From: Alloascoidea hylecoeti
Taxonomy: Eukaryota
Length of the DNA: 64,000 nucleotides
Direction of reading: 5' to 3'
NCBI GenBank assembly: GCA_001600815.1
Contig: BCKZ01000004.1
Coordinates: 806,001-870,000 of the forward strand
Shown here piece after piece: positions 11,338 through 22,840 of the stretch. A program made the position numbers and the translations under genes. The notes under the pieces were generated by a model, which saw only the letters and a list, made by a program, of their open reading frames with translations, was not told where the DNA came from and ran no database searches. The first letter of the stretch is position 1. Each line of letters starts with the position of its first letter.

Positions 11338-13518
11338 ATGTCGATTAAAGATAACCACAATCCGGTTCCAAATCCACAAAGGTTTGATGATAACGATAGT
11401 CTAAATAACTCAAACTTCGATATGGAGAACGATGACGTTAGTCATCACGGTTATGATGATCTTCATCAACCAGTTGCTCTAACCGAGGCCCATTTGAAGG
11501 CTCCCAAAGAAGTTGAATCATCGTTACATGAGCAAATATTAAGACATTCAAGTACCAGACTTTCGGCTCAGGGATCCTTCTCAAATAATGAATTGACAAG
11601 AACAAGGTCTATCTATAAGCCTGAATGCATTGTACCTCATGGCCAAAGAAGGGGTCTTTTCTCTTTTCTATCTCTTGTGCCAGAATACAAAGAACCAAGA
11701 GACTACCCACCTGTCATTAAAAACTTCATTGTGGTTGCTATTGCTGCAGCATCTATGATTGGTCCCATGGGAACTTCCATATTACTTCCCGCAATGACTC
11801 AGATAGCCGGAGACTTACACACCACAACAACACTCGTAAATGTTTCATTTGGGGTATTTTTACTATCCCTTGGAATCTTTCCAATGTGGTGGTCATCAAT
11901 ATCCGAACGTCAAGGTAGAAGAACAGTGTATATAATTTCATTTGCTCTATTTACAGCCTTAACAGTAGGCTGCGCTCTATCTAATTCTATAGGCATGTTC
12001 CTAGCCTTTCGGATATTATCCGGCGGATGTGTGGCATCGGTTCAAGCCGTTGGGGCAGGTACTATCGCAGATCTTTATATTACAACCGAAAGAGGCCAGG
12101 CAATGGGTCTTTATTACCTAGGCCCACTTTTAGGTCCCCTCTTATCTCCGATATTCGGCGGTGCTTTGGCTGGAAGATGGGGGTGGAGATCTACACAGTG
12201 GTTCCTATTGGTAATGGGTGGAGTAATTTTATTATTTCTAGTATTTGCTTTACCCGAAACATTAAGAGTGGAATCTCTTCCGTCAGATCCAATCCGCAGT
12301 GACAAAACAGCGAAATTGGATGATTATGATGAGGATGATGTTGATGATGATATTTTAGAAAAGAAGATAGTTAATAATGAAAATAAGTTAACATCATCTT
12401 CTGCCCTAGAACAAACCTCGAAAAAATCAGAGGACATACCAAACGTTAACAATTCTCGTACAGAACTACCAAAAAATCAATATAATGGAGAAGAGAACAA
12501 ACAGTTACATAATAAATCATTAGATTTATCTCGAACTACTACTAAATCCAAAATTTTGAGATCTCGATCAAGAAGATCGATCAATTCAACAAGAGATGAA
12601 GTTATTGTGGATGTATTATACCCATCAATGACATATGATTCTCAAATGAGGAATAAAAGTCGTTTCAAAGATACAGAAGGGGGTGATGAGATGAGTGTAT
12701 ATGACGCCATTGAATTAATGCGACAACCAACTCAACAACAAAAAGTTGAAAGAGAGTTAAATGATTTGAAAGAAGAAGAGATAGAGGAAGAACTTGGAAA
12801 AACTTCCAAGATTTTACAAACAATGTACATTTATCTTTTTGTACCAATGAAGTCGCTGAAATTTTTAATGTATCCTCCTGTTTTGTTATCTATTATTTAT
12901 ACTAGTATTTGCTTCTTTTGTCTTTATTACATCAACTTAACAGTTGAATACGCATATTCAAGGCCACCTTATAACTTTTCGACTACGATTGTTGGATTAC
13001 TTTATATACCAAACTCTGTGGCTTATATGATTGCTTCAATTGCAGGTGGTAAATGGTCAGATCATATAGTTAAAAGACAACAACGTAAAAACAATGGAGT
13101 TTTGATTCCTGAAGAAAGAATTGCTGAGAATTCATTTGCTGCTTCAATTATTTATCCACTTTCTATTTTGATTTTTTCATGGCCTTTACATTATGGAAAA
13201 CATTGGGTTATTCCTTTGGTTGGGACATTTCTTTTTGGATTTGGATCAATGCTTGTATTCGGAACCACGGTTACTTATCTTATTGATGCTTTACCTGGAA
13301 GAGGTGCTAGTGGTGTTGCTGTGAATAATCTCTTTAGATTAACATTAGGTGCAGTGGCAACATTCGCTAATCATTCGGAGATAGAATCTATGGGAGTTGG
13401 CTGGACAGGAACAATGTGCTGTCTTCTTGGGCTTATATCTTCCTTGTGTTTGCTTTCTATTAAGATTTTTGGACCAAAATGGAGGAAATCTGTAAACTTG
13501 GAGAGGCTATATTCTTAA
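11338..13518 (+). CDS. QDR3: MFS drug:H+ antiporter (DHA1 family), Qdr3-like
   Basis: Two TM bundles separated by a long loop; WWSSISERQGRR, GAGTIADLY, WGWRSTQWFL and LPETLR motifs; N-terminal EPRDYPP...GPMGTSILLPA. Neighbours CST26. Confidence 0.8.
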   Translation: MSIKDNHNPVPNPQRFDDNDSLNNSNFDMENDDVSHHGYDDLHQPVALTEAHLKAPKEVESSLHEQILRHSSTRLSAQGSFSNNELTRTRSIYKPECIVPHGQRRGLFSFLSLVPEYKEPRDYPPVIKNFIVVAIAAASMIGPMGTSILLPAMTQIAGDLHTTTTLVNVSFGVFLLSLGIFPMWWSSISERQGRRTVYIISFALFTALTVGCALSNSIGMFLAFRILSGGCVASVQAVGAGTIADLYITTERGQAMGLYYLGPLLGPLLSPIFGGALAGRWGWRSTQWFLLVMGGVILLFLVFALPETLRVESLPSDPIRSDKTAKLDDYDEDDVDDDILEKKIVNNENKLTSSSALEQTSKKSEDIPNVNNSRTELPKNQYNGEENKQLHNKSLDLSRTTTKSKILRSRSRRSINSTRDEVIVDVLYPSMTYDSQMRNKSRFKDTEGGDEMSVYDAIELMRQPTQQQKVERELNDLKEEEIEEELGKTSKILQTMYIYLFVPMKSLKFLMYPPVLLSIIYTSICFFCLYYINLTVEYAYSRPPYNFSTTIVGLLYIPNSVAYMIASIAGGKWSDHIVKRQQRKNNGVLIPEERIAENSFAASIIYPLSILIFSWPLHYGKHWVIPLVGTFLFGFGSMLVFGTTVTYLIDALPGRGASGVAVNNLFRLTLGAVATFANHSEIESMGVGWTGTMCCLLGLISSLCLLSIKIFGPKWRKSVNLERLYS

Positions 13519-13838
13519 AGTGTATAACCTTATAGCTAGAGACAATTTGAATTATGGTTGGCCTTGTATTGAGATAAAAATATTGTTATATCATCGTTTT
13601 ATCATTGCTATTTCATTTTCCAATTGTTTTACTTATAATCTTATACACATAATGTTTTTGTTAAATCAGTTTTATATGGACGTTTCATGGTACTATAAAT
13701 GCAAACGTTATTATTAATATTATACATAATTACTGTTTTGGGTAACTAATAGGAATTTCCTTAGTTAACCCGATGTGTAAGATAGTTTCTGCATATATAA
13801 AGTTTTATGTATAGTAAGATTTCCAAACGTTTCTCCAT

Positions 13839-13845
13839 TGTTTCA
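13839..13845. promoter_or_regulatory. Pheromone response element (Ste12 site TGTTTCA) upstream of FIG1
   Basis: Exact reverse complement of TGAAACA, ~200 bp upstream of FIG1. A near-match CGTTTCA lies at 13681. Confidence 0.4.
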
Positions 13846-14039
13846 ACACTACCACTGCTTAATAAATACAATATATAGCTTAAGATACACGGGAATAAAT
13901 GATGTTAAAATAAATATTCTAGGATTCTGTTTAGATCTTGTAAGATATGTGTATCATTTTGATACACATTGAAGTATATAGATTTCGATAATCCTTCAAA
14001 CAATTACAATATTAATTCTAAACATATCAATATAATATC

Positions 14040-14870
14040 ATGTTAACATTACTTCTCATCAAGAAACTTTATCCAGTGTTGATTCCTTTAACGTTGCTAA
14101 TCAATGTTATCCTATTGATTTTTCTTTTATTTGGATCAACATCAACATCTGGTATTTATTCTGATACCTATCTTGTTAAATACTCATTCAACACATCATC
14201 GCCCATCTTTGAACAAATTAAACATGCTTACGCTTCTTCTAATACCACCATAGATGTGAGCAAACTTGAGGTCACAGCCAGCTACTTGGGAATTTGTGCT
14301 TCTTCTGGTAAACACGATAAGACCTGTGTTTCTAGAACAAAAACAAGCAATCTAAGCGCATTTCAAGGTTTACAAATCTACAGTGATAATTCCACTTCTT
14401 TAACGGCATCTCTTGATCTTGTTGCTATGGCCTCTAAATTCTCTAATAAAATTGTTCATCCATATGTTTTGATGGTAACAATTGTGTTTTCCTTCATCTT
14501 GTTTCTCTCGACAATCATTCTCTTATTATTGTCATTCTTTTCAGCAAAATTAAAATTGGTGTTAACAAAATTATCACTTGTTTTGTCATTTGTTTTAGTA
14601 TTATTATGGGGTATTGGAGCGTTTTGGTCCCACGTTGCAATCGACACATCAAATAATTTAATGAGTCTTTCTAGTTTAAGCGTTATTAATAGTTATAAAG
14701 GGACACAATCACAGGCAATGTCATGGTCTGCATTTACCTTTTTCCTTATCGATTTTTTAGGAATAATGGTTTTATTTATTAAGAATATTAAGGAAAAAAC
14801 TAAAATGGAAGAAGATGACTCTTTTGAAAAGAGCTTTGATAAACAAACTCCTCAATTTTACAGCAACTGA
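14040..14870 (+). CDS. FIG1: Fig1-family four-TM membrane protein (mating / low-affinity Ca2+ influx)
   Basis: N-terminal TM, extracellular loop with SYLGIC...C claudin-like motif, HPY, three further TMs. Syntenic with FAT1/CST26/QDR3. Confidence 0.75.
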   Translation: MLTLLLIKKLYPVLIPLTLLINVILLIFLLFGSTSTSGIYSDTYLVKYSFNTSSPIFEQIKHAYASSNTTIDVSKLEVTASYLGICASSGKHDKTCVSRTKTSNLSAFQGLQIYSDNSTSLTASLDLVAMASKFSNKIVHPYVLMVTIVFSFILFLSTIILLLLSFFSAKLKLVLTKLSLVLSFVLVLLWGIGAFWSHVAIDTSNNLMSLSSLSVINSYKGTQSQAMSWSAFTFFLIDFLGIMVLFIKNIKEKTKMEEDDSFEKSFDKQTPQFYSN

Positions 14871-15056
14871 TTTTTTAATATACATTAATGAACAACATGG
14901 CGATGACCATAAGTATAGGCATTAATTTGATTTTGGATTTATAAGTAATAGCCATAAATTATAATATATTACATAACTATAAATAATCATACTATACATA
15001 TCCTGTATGCAGAAATATTAATTTATATATATTATGATCTAGCTATATGGATTTGC

Positions 15057-16748
15057 TTATAATCTTTTCCTAATCCAAGAAGTAACCAATTTTGTGCAAG
15101 TATCAGGTAAATCGCCAACTACAGCTTTTGGATAATCACCAGGAACTGCAAATCCATTCGGTAGACGCTTTTCTTTATTTTTAAACATAACATATTGAAA
15201 TAGATCAAGATTCTTGGTTCTTTTTGCCGCAATACTATTTGGAGATTGGGTAGTAATATCAGAAGTATTATTATCCGAAAGATTTTCTGAAAGATCATCT
15301 TCATCATCACTAATGATACTTTCTCTTCTCTCTGGAATTGCCTTAAATTTATGTGACATATAAATGATAGATTTTTCAATATCTTCTTGTTTACTTAATG
15401 AAGTTTCGTTGGCAGTTATGAATAATAATGATTTTTGGTATTGTTGAGATTCAGGTGAATTGAAAAAAGTACTTGCAGGAATTTTTAAATATGATTCTGA
15501 TAATATACCAGTAGGATGTAGCATCACAATGAAATTAATAGCGGAGATAAATTTATCTTCATCTTTAATTTCAATTGCATTCTGTTCTGTTAAATTAACT
15601 TCAAGACTTGACATACTACCACTTATCAAATTATCAAATTTTGGTATATTTAATAATTGTAATGCATAACCACATCCAATTGAATAACTGATGATACCCA
15701 TTTTTTTAATATTATAGGTCATAATTATTTCTTTAATTGATTCTTTGATTTTGATAAAATTATTAAGTTCAAATGGTGAATGTTTTTTTAACCATATATC
15801 TTCATAAACAGATTCAAAAATACTAGATGTGAAGAGTTTCACTTTTTCTAACCAAACTCCTGAAGTTGGATTTTCATTAATGTTAACGTTATTTATATTA
15901 TTATTTTGAGATGATGGTCCACTAACCTGGGAACTTTTAATAGGGTCATTATCAAATAAATCGGGAACAACGACAACACAATTTAATTTGGACGCGTACC
16001 TATCAGCCAAAATAAGGTTGTTATCACTTTCTATCCCAAGCGAATTTGTCAGTAAAACAACCATTGTATTTGGTAATGTTGTACCAGTACCAGTGGCAGC
16101 ATCCTCACCGGGTGTGGATGCTTTTGATTCCGTTGAAGAACGATCACAAATAATAGAGTCAATTCCCTCGAAAGTTCCAGATACATCAATATTAAAATGT
16201 ATATCAGAAGCAGTGGAGTCATAATCGGCATTTGAATCTGGATATGTAATATAAACTTGAACTTTCGTTTCTTTCAAGTGAAACATACATCCCTTGGGGC
16301 TTAATATTTCTTTTCCAGAAACATGAGGGAGATTGGATTCTTTCTGATGAAAACTTGTAGCATCAAATGATTTAAATAAACCGGAATTACCCCTTTTATG
16401 CCTATCAGAATTTGAAGAAGCATCGAAACTTTTCCATGATAGATGTTTGGGAGACCAAGTAGATGTGGGATCTAAAGATTTTGTACTAACATCATTTAAA
16501 TTCCTTCTACCAAAGGATGACGGTGTATCCAAATTTAAAGATAGATTCAAATCGTTTGACATGTCAGCAACTGTTATATCCGCAGAGATATCTAAATCAT
16601 TAACATCATCGAACGCGAGTACTCTACTAGCAATCTTATCAGTTTCTTCGTGATATGCATTTTTCGCTTCTATGGCAGAATTGTCGATACTTTTGTCGAT
16701 TTTATTCATTGGAACTTTTTCATTATCATCATCCCTGAGATTAGACAT
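15057..16748 (-). CDS. Dienelactone hydrolase-like alpha/beta hydrolase with long insertions; catalytic motifs degenerate
   Basis: VVLLTNSLG...NNLILADRYA...VVVPDLFDNDP and WLKKH resemble the DLH/Aim2 family. The nucleophile elbow reads SYSIG and the HGF motif reads NGF. Confidence 0.7.
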   Translation of the reverse strand: MSNLRDDDNEKVPMNKIDKSIDNSAIEAKNAYHEETDKIASRVLAFDDVNDLDISADITVADMSNDLNLSLNLDTPSSFGRRNLNDVSTKSLDPTSTWSPKHLSWKSFDASSNSDRHKRGNSGLFKSFDATSFHQKESNLPHVSGKEILSPKGCMFHLKETKVQVYITYPDSNADYDSTASDIHFNIDVSGTFEGIDSIICDRSSTESKASTPGEDAATGTGTTLPNTMVVLLTNSLGIESDNNLILADRYASKLNCVVVVPDLFDNDPIKSSQVSGPSSQNNNINNVNINENPTSGVWLEKVKLFTSSIFESVYEDIWLKKHSPFELNNFIKIKESIKEIIMTYNIKKMGIISYSIGCGYALQLLNIPKFDNLISGSMSSLEVNLTEQNAIEIKDEDKFISAINFIVMLHPTGILSESYLKIPASTFFNSPESQQYQKSLLFITANETSLSKQEDIEKSIIYMSHKFKAIPERRESIISDDEDDLSENLSDNNTSDITTQSPNSIAAKRTKNLDLFQYVMFKNKEKRLPNGFAVPGDYPKAVVGDLPDTCTKLVTSWIRKRL

Positions 16749-16809
16749 TGAATAATTGCAAGAGGAATAATGATAGTATGGTTGTTAAATATAAAGTGTG
16801 AATTAATTG

Positions 16810-17065
16810 AAGAACAAATCGACAATTATCAAAAAACAATTCGCTGCGTTATTTGTTTAAGCCTACTTTCAAAGACATTCTAATGATTATAACATTATGA
16901 TTATATAAAACCCATTTCTTTCTCTTAACAAACTTCTAAGCCCTAGATTATTTTTAATGTGGTCAAAGTAAACATTTAATATGGTAAGCATATTGATTGC
17001 TAATTATAGCTACAGTAAACGAATTACACAGCGAATTATTATGTGATAATTGTCGATTTGTTCTT
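16810..17065. mobile_element. 256-bp MITE-like element bounded by 50-bp inverted repeats
   Basis: 16810-16859 versus reverse complement of 17016-17065: 44/50 identical, with the outer 22 bp (AAGAACAAATCGACAATTATCA) perfect. No ORF inside; no clear TSD. Confidence 0.65.
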
Positions 17066-17271
17066 GTACTACGTGACTTTTTTGTGCTGCTTGCAGTTAG
17101 CTAATTAAAATACTTCAGTAACAAAATATTATTTCTAGTCATAGGTAACAATTTAATGTTGTACTTGCTAATACTCTCTACGAATATGAATTTGAATGTA
17201 TCAACTAAATAATTTTACTATATCCCATATAACTTATGAAAATAATATACAACCAATTGATATGCCTCGAT

Positions 17272-18462
17272 TTAAATCATATCACCGACATTCATGGGCA
17301 TTTCATCAATTTGTGTCGAATAATATTGTTCAATATCATGAAGAACTTGAATATCTTCTTTCGTAACAAAGTTAATAGCAACACCTTTTCTTCCAAACCT
17401 TCCTGATCTACCGATTCTATGTATATAGTTTTCTCTATCTGTAGGAAGATCATAATTAATGACTAATGAAACTTGTTGAACATCGATACCCCGTGCCCAA
17501 ACATCCGTTGATATTAGAACTCTAGAATTACCTGTTCTAAAATCATTCATTACTTTATCTCTTTCCTTTTGAGACATATCGCCATGCATCGAAATAACAG
17601 TAAAGTTTGATTCTTTCAATTTAGCGGCTAACCAATCGACCTTTCTTTTCGTATTGCAAAAAATAACAGCCTGTGTAATTGTTAAGGTATCATATAAATC
17701 ACATAACGTATCAAATTTCCAATCTTCTTTCTCAACAGCGATGAAATACTGTTTAAGACCTTCTAGTGTTAGTTCATCTCTTTTGACCAAAATTTTAACA
17801 GGATCAGTCATGAATTTCGTAGTCATTTCAAGAACATCTCTTGGTAAAGTGGCACTAACTACAACAACTTGAGTATCAGGTTTCAAGTAACGATAAACAT
17901 CATAAATCTGTTGTTGAAATCCTTTACTAAGCAATTCATCAGCTTCATCTAAAATTAGCATCTTAATATTACGAGGCCGTAAGTGACGACGTTTAATCAT
18001 ATCTGCAACCCGACCGGGAGTACCGGAAACGACGTGCTGGCCATAGTCCAGTTTCCGTATATCATCACCAACATTTGTTCCACCAATACAAGCATGACAT
18101 TGAACATTCATATATTGGCCTAAAGCCATGAAGACAGATTGAATTTGAATAGCCAATTCTCTCGTTGGAGATAATACTAAAGCTTGAGTTTCTCTTATTT
18201 GTGTGTCAATAACTTCCAAGGCACCTATACTGAACGTTGCAGTTTTACCTGTACCAGATTGGGCCTGTGCAATAGTATCTCTACCGGAGATGATCTGAGT
18301 TATGGCACGGGACTGAATAGCAGAAGGACTTTCAAATCCATAAGCGTAGACACCCCTTAATAACTGGTCCTTTAGGTCCATAGCTTCGAATGAGGGAACA
18401 ACATCGACATTTTTTGACGCTTTGAACTCCAAAGCATCATCGTTTTCTCTATCAAAGGACAT
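17272..18462 (-). CDS. FAL1: DEAD-box RNA helicase eIF4A-III/Fal1
   Basis: [21 protein letters not shown] and [13 protein letters not shown] motifs; eIF4AIII-type STDVWARG and [17 protein letters not shown]. Confidence 0.95.
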   Translation of the reverse strand: MSFDRENDDALEFKASKNVDVVPSFEAMDLKDQLLRGVYAYGFESPSAIQSRAITQIISGRDTIAQAQSGTGKTATFSIGALEVIDTQIRETQALVLSPTRELAIQIQSVFMALGQYMNVQCHACIGGTNVGDDIRKLDYGQHVVSGTPGRVADMIKRRHLRPRNIKMLILDEADELLSKGFQQQIYDVYRYLKPDTQVVVVSATLPRDVLEMTTKFMTDPVKILVKRDELTLEGLKQYFIAVEKEDWKFDTLCDLYDTLTITQAVIFCNTKRKVDWLAAKLKESNFTVISMHGDMSQKERDKVMNDFRTGNSRVLISTDVWARGIDVQQVSLVINYDLPTDRENYIHRIGRSGRFGRKGVAINFVTKEDIQVLHDIEQYYSTQIDEMPMNVGDMI

Positions 18463-18594
18463 TTTTTATATTTTTCTTAATGGAGGTTGAATTTTTTCCC
18501 ATCCATTAGATGTTGGGGTGTTGGGATAACTCCACCTGCAAATAAATTTCCAGAAATCACCATAATGGCTTTTACTCACTCTAAGGATTAAGGA

Positions 18595-21500
18595 ATGGCA
18601 AAACGAGCCCGTAAAGCATATGCCTGTGGCCCCTGCCGTGCTCACAAAGTGAAATGCGACCACGGAATTCCATGCTCGGCCTGTACGAGGTACTCGCGGG
18701 TTGACCGGTGTCTTGCGGACCCATCTCCTTCTCCTTCACGGAACAAGATCAAGACGATCGGAAGTGGGGCCCTAAGCCAGACTGCGAATATCAATAGTTT
18801 TCGTGGTGAAATTCTACCAAAACCGAAGCTCCAGGCTCCCTTGGATGCAGTTAGCCGGGACGAAAAAGAACTTTCTCAACTGAAGACGCAAATAACGACG
18901 CTGGAAGACTTCATTACTTCTCTTAAATCTCGGGCAGCCAAATTATCCACAAAGCTCAAGAAACCACCTTCTTCCTCTGAAGTGGCTATTGTCAGAAAGA
19001 CTGTCTATGAGCTGGCTCATATAATTAACACTCCAGAGCTGTATCTGCAACACAATGAATTGGGTCTTGGATATGCTCCCTTATACGATGTATTTAACAT
19101 AACTTCTTCGGCACAGCATTGGCAGCACATCACAGCGAACCTTATTCCTACACGAGAACAATGCGACAAACTAGTTTCTGTTTATTTTCAAAATGTTCAC
19201 TGGTGTTTGAACCCTTTCCATATACCAACTTTCAATAAGCATTTAGAATATTTTTGGAAAATAGATGGAACTGAACTGGATTTAACCTGGATGTCAATCC
19301 TATTAATGGTCTTATCATTAGGCCTAATGTACTTTCCTAAGGATCAAATAAATTCGTTGGGGATCTCATCAATAGTGAAAAAATCTCAAAAATCTGATTC
19401 CAAAGAAACTACAACTACCAAAGATAATGGTACTGTCGATGATGAGGCACTTACTAAACTCTGTAGCATTTGGTTTGAATGTGCAAAATCGGCCTTATTA
19501 GCTGATGATTTCACAGAAAAGCCGAAATTAGGACAGGTCATTACTTTTGCTTTAGTTGAGCTTTACTGTCATTTGAATAATAAATTGGCGATTTTGTATA
19601 ATTTTTTATCTGGGATTATCGTGAATGCATATACTTTAAATCTACATAAAGAAACCTCCTCGTCTGATCCTAGTAAAATTAATTATTTGGAAATTCAGGG
19701 AAGAAGAAAAGCATGGTGGACTATAGTTACATGCGATTGTTTCTTTGCTTTACATTTCAATAGACCTCCATTAATCAAAGTAAGATCTGTTGATGTTGTA
19801 CCTCTACCAGCAAATATCAATGATGAGGATGTTGGAATTGATTTCATCAATGAAAAACCCGTGGATATCCCCACATCGAATTCTTTTAATATTTGGTGGT
19901 TTAAACTACATCTGATAATGGCAGAATTATATGATGAAGTTCCACCTTCCCCAGACATGACCGAAGAAGAATTATCTTATTCGAAATATGTGAAGATGTT
20001 AAAGGTTGACAAGAAGTTATCTGATTATTATAAAGCTAAACCATGGTATTATCAACTAAATGCTCAATCACATTTACAATTAACTCATCCCAACCCCACA
20101 TCTCCTTTTAATCGTTATCCATTTCAAAAGCGTCATGAATTAATGAAACAGATTCACTTTCAACATCATACTTTACATTTAATCATATGTATTCATAAAT
20201 TTAGAATGCATAGACTCTTTTTAATGCCTGGAAATTCATATTCTTGGAATTGTTGTTTTACTGTTGCAAAAGTAATAACTTCCGTTTATAAAGAATTAAG
20301 AGCAAATTATAGCGTTGATGATGCATTTTTTATGATGCAGTTATGTCCAATATTTACAACTTCAATAATCCAAGCAATGGTTATATTATCAGCCGAAAGA
20401 ATCATTGATATTGTAATTGATTCCCAAAAGAGCAGGGGTACACAAAATCAACTAACTAAATTTAAAACTGAAATGTCATTTGAAGTAATTAAATATCTCT
20501 TCAATGATATAAAAGATATTCTAGATGATTTGTTTTTAATTTCAAAATATTATACTGTTCAAATACCAAGTTTAAAAAATGGTATTAATTTATTAAATTA
20601 TATTAATTCACTTGAAAAAAATGTTGATGACCAGAATAAATCAAAAATCAATGAAAATAATGAAGCTAAAGAGGTTATTATTGCTGAATTCAAGACCTTA
20701 AATGAGGAAAATGACAATTGTTCACGTTTGCCTAGTTTTTTCTTAAAAGTTTATGAAGCATTTTTGCAAAAATCAGAAGTTTCAGTATCAATAAATGGAG
20801 AAACTAATCTTAAAAATCGGAATAAATTAAATGATAAATCTTCTGGTCGAAACACAATCATTTCTTCCTCTATTGAAACCCAACCCATATCCTCTAGTTT
20901 TCCCAGGGTATCGACACCACCAACGACAAAAGCATCATACAACATGTCAACTGATTGCAAAGATGCTAGAAATATAGGGAGATGTGCGATTGAATTCTTG
21001 GTGAATGAATTAGATGGTGATAAACAAGATCCGAAAGCTGAAACCAAAAAATCGCTTCTAGATTCCTTTTCACCACAGGACAATGGGTCATTTACATCAG
21101 CCAAAAAAATATCAAATAATGATAACACTGATACAGATGATCATGACGATAAGAATAAACAATATTTTAACTTGATTTTAAAGCACACTTTTAGAGGATC
21201 AGGGTTTAAAAAGGATTTTGAACATAGTTTGGATGATCCCGAAGAACATCATAATATGGAAAGTGAACATATGGAAGACTTCTGGAAGGATTTCACATCG
21301 TTTAAATCTGTGTTAGATTCACCTCCTAATGATGAAGTCATTGAAAAGTCAAAAAAGGCCGTGAAGCGATATTTGAAGTATAAAGCAAAAAATAGAATTG
21401 AAAGAATTCTAAAAATGAAAAGGAAATGGGAATCAAGGAAGAAAAATATTGTTAATAACCAAACAGCTATGGAAGGAAACAAGAAAAGGAAAACCGACAA

Positions 21501-22380
21501 GAATGTTAATTCAGATATTGTTTTACACCCGCAAACTGCACCAATAAATCCAAACTTAACAGCAGCTGTACATGATCATGTTATACAGCGGTCGCCATCA
21601 TTTTTATCTGCCCCAATTCCCGAACATGTATCTACGGATACCACTCAACCCGATTATCATCAATCCAATCAAATGGGCCCAATTGACTATAATGAAGCAA
21701 TTAATTCTTACAAACACAACGGATCGATAATGATGGGCTCTCATATAAACCCTGTTCCCCAATATTCATCACAAGGGAATCGACATAATAATTGCAATCC
21801 ACTTTCAGCAACTTATAGCAACAGTCAAATTGTTAAGCAAAATTCTTTCAACAATCCCAAGTTTGATTGTGACTGGTCTTATTACAACTCGCAGTCTTCT
21901 TTATTAACAGCGGAATCTCAGACTGACTTTTATTTGGGAATCGGTCCTGGGAATACAAATAGTCTAAACGGTAGTAATCACAATTATACAAATGAACAAG
22001 AACATAGAAATGGTCATATGCTAAATAACAGTGTTAGTGTTAATGAATATAATCTGAAACAAAAGGCATCTCATCAACGTATACCAGACCAATTAAATGT
22101 TAATTCTCAGTGGCAATATCCTCAACCACAGCAATCTACAGACCTTCATCAACAGCAATCATCTTCTAATTCTTTCATCAATACCACTGAAGTCCAACAA
22201 CAAAATATCAATTCAATTGCGATGACATCCAACGACGTTAGCACATCGGTTAACTCAGATTCAACCTCACCAGATCCTATGTCAATAAATTTAGATCAAA
22301 TACTTTCCATATTTCCAGAGGATATTTCAGGACTTCCAACATTGTCTTTTAATAGTTGGGTATCTGGTTATGATTTTTAA
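18595..22380 (+). CDS. Zn(II)2Cys6 binuclear-cluster transcription factor with fungal-specific TF domain
   Basis: CGPCRAHKVKCDHGIPCSACTRYSRVDRC cluster, coiled coil, middle homology region (YFQNVHW..., LNLHKE...GRRKAWW), N/Q-rich acidic C-terminus. Confidence 0.9.
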   Translation: MAKRARKAYACGPCRAHKVKCDHGIPCSACTRYSRVDRCLADPSPSPSRNKIKTIGSGALSQTANINSFRGEILPKPKLQAPLDAVSRDEKELSQLKTQITTLEDFITSLKSRAAKLSTKLKKPPSSSEVAIVRKTVYELAHIINTPELYLQHNELGLGYAPLYDVFNITSSAQHWQHITANLIPTREQCDKLVSVYFQNVHWCLNPFHIPTFNKHLEYFWKIDGTELDLTWMSILLMVLSLGLMYFPKDQINSLGISSIVKKSQKSDSKETTTTKDNGTVDDEALTKLCSIWFECAKSALLADDFTEKPKLGQVITFALVELYCHLNNKLAILYNFLSGIIVNAYTLNLHKETSSSDPSKINYLEIQGRRKAWWTIVTCDCFFALHFNRPPLIKVRSVDVVPLPANINDEDVGIDFINEKPVDIPTSNSFNIWWFKLHLIMAELYDEVPPSPDMTEEELSYSKYVKMLKVDKKLSDYYKAKPWYYQLNAQSHLQLTHPNPTSPFNRYPFQKRHELMKQIHFQHHTLHLIICIHKFRMHRLFLMPGNSYSWNCCFTVAKVITSVYKELRANYSVDDAFFMMQLCPIFTTSIIQAMVILSAERIIDIVIDSQKSRGTQNQLTKFKTEMSFEVIKYLFNDIKDILDDLFLISKYYTVQIPSLKNGINLLNYINSLEKNVDDQNKSKINENNEAKEVIIAEFKTLNEENDNCSRLPSFFLKVYEAFLQKSEVSVSINGETNLKNRNKLNDKSSGRNTIISSSIETQPISSSFPRVSTPPTTKASYNMSTDCKDARNIGRCAIEFLVNELDGDKQDPKAETKKSLLDSFSPQDNGSFTSAKKISNNDNTDTDDHDDKNKQYFNLILKHTFRGSGFKKDFEHSLDDPEEHHNMESEHMEDFWKDFTSFKSVLDSPPNDEVIEKSKKAVKRYLKYKAKNRIERILKMKRKWESRKKNIVNNQTAMEGNKKRKTDKNVNSDIVLHPQTAPINPNLTAAVHDHVIQRSPSFLSAPIPEHVSTDTTQPDYHQSNQMGPIDYNEAINSYKHNGSIMMGSHINPVPQYSSQGNRHNNCNPLSATYSNSQIVKQNSFNNPKFDCDWSYYNSQSSLLTAESQTDFYLGIGPGNTNSLNGSNHNYTNEQEHRNGHMLNNSVSVNEYNLKQKASHQRIPDQLNVNSQWQYPQPQQSTDLHQQQSSSNSFINTTEVQQQNINSIAMTSNDVSTSVNSDSTSPDPMSINLDQILSIFPEDISGLPTLSFNSWVSGYDF

Positions 22381-22840
22381 AAAGTTAATCTTTATTCATA
22401 GCTATAATTATGGCTATGATGATATATATATGTATACTATAGTTATTCATAGATCTAGATCAATTCTTCATTTTTAAACTCATAATTACAATTAATTATG
22501 AGGTTGTAACATCGCACGTACGACAGGTGGCTTTGGTAACGCCCATTTGCCAAATTTCTGCAGCTTCTGCCAATTATTGATCTAGCATTTTTACCGAATA
22601 TTAAAAAGTGCAGATGCTCATTACTTTAAAAATAAAACCCAAGGCCTGACTTCCACTTATTCCGATTGAATTCAGATGGAAAACTGATCATCGTGTTAAT
22701 AATTATGAATCACTAATATAACACAATTAAATATAAGTTTGAGATACAGAATTTCACTTAAGTCACAAGATAATCATTCTAATTAACTAAATTTAAATAA
22801 CAAATTGCTTCAGATGCCTCTACTGTATATTTCTAAAACC

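Noticed and set aside
22505..22748. TGTAAC...ACA segment as a solo LTR between the TF gene and SES1
   Set aside because: No target-site duplication (GAGGT versus GAATT), no PBS/PPT, no second copy in the window.
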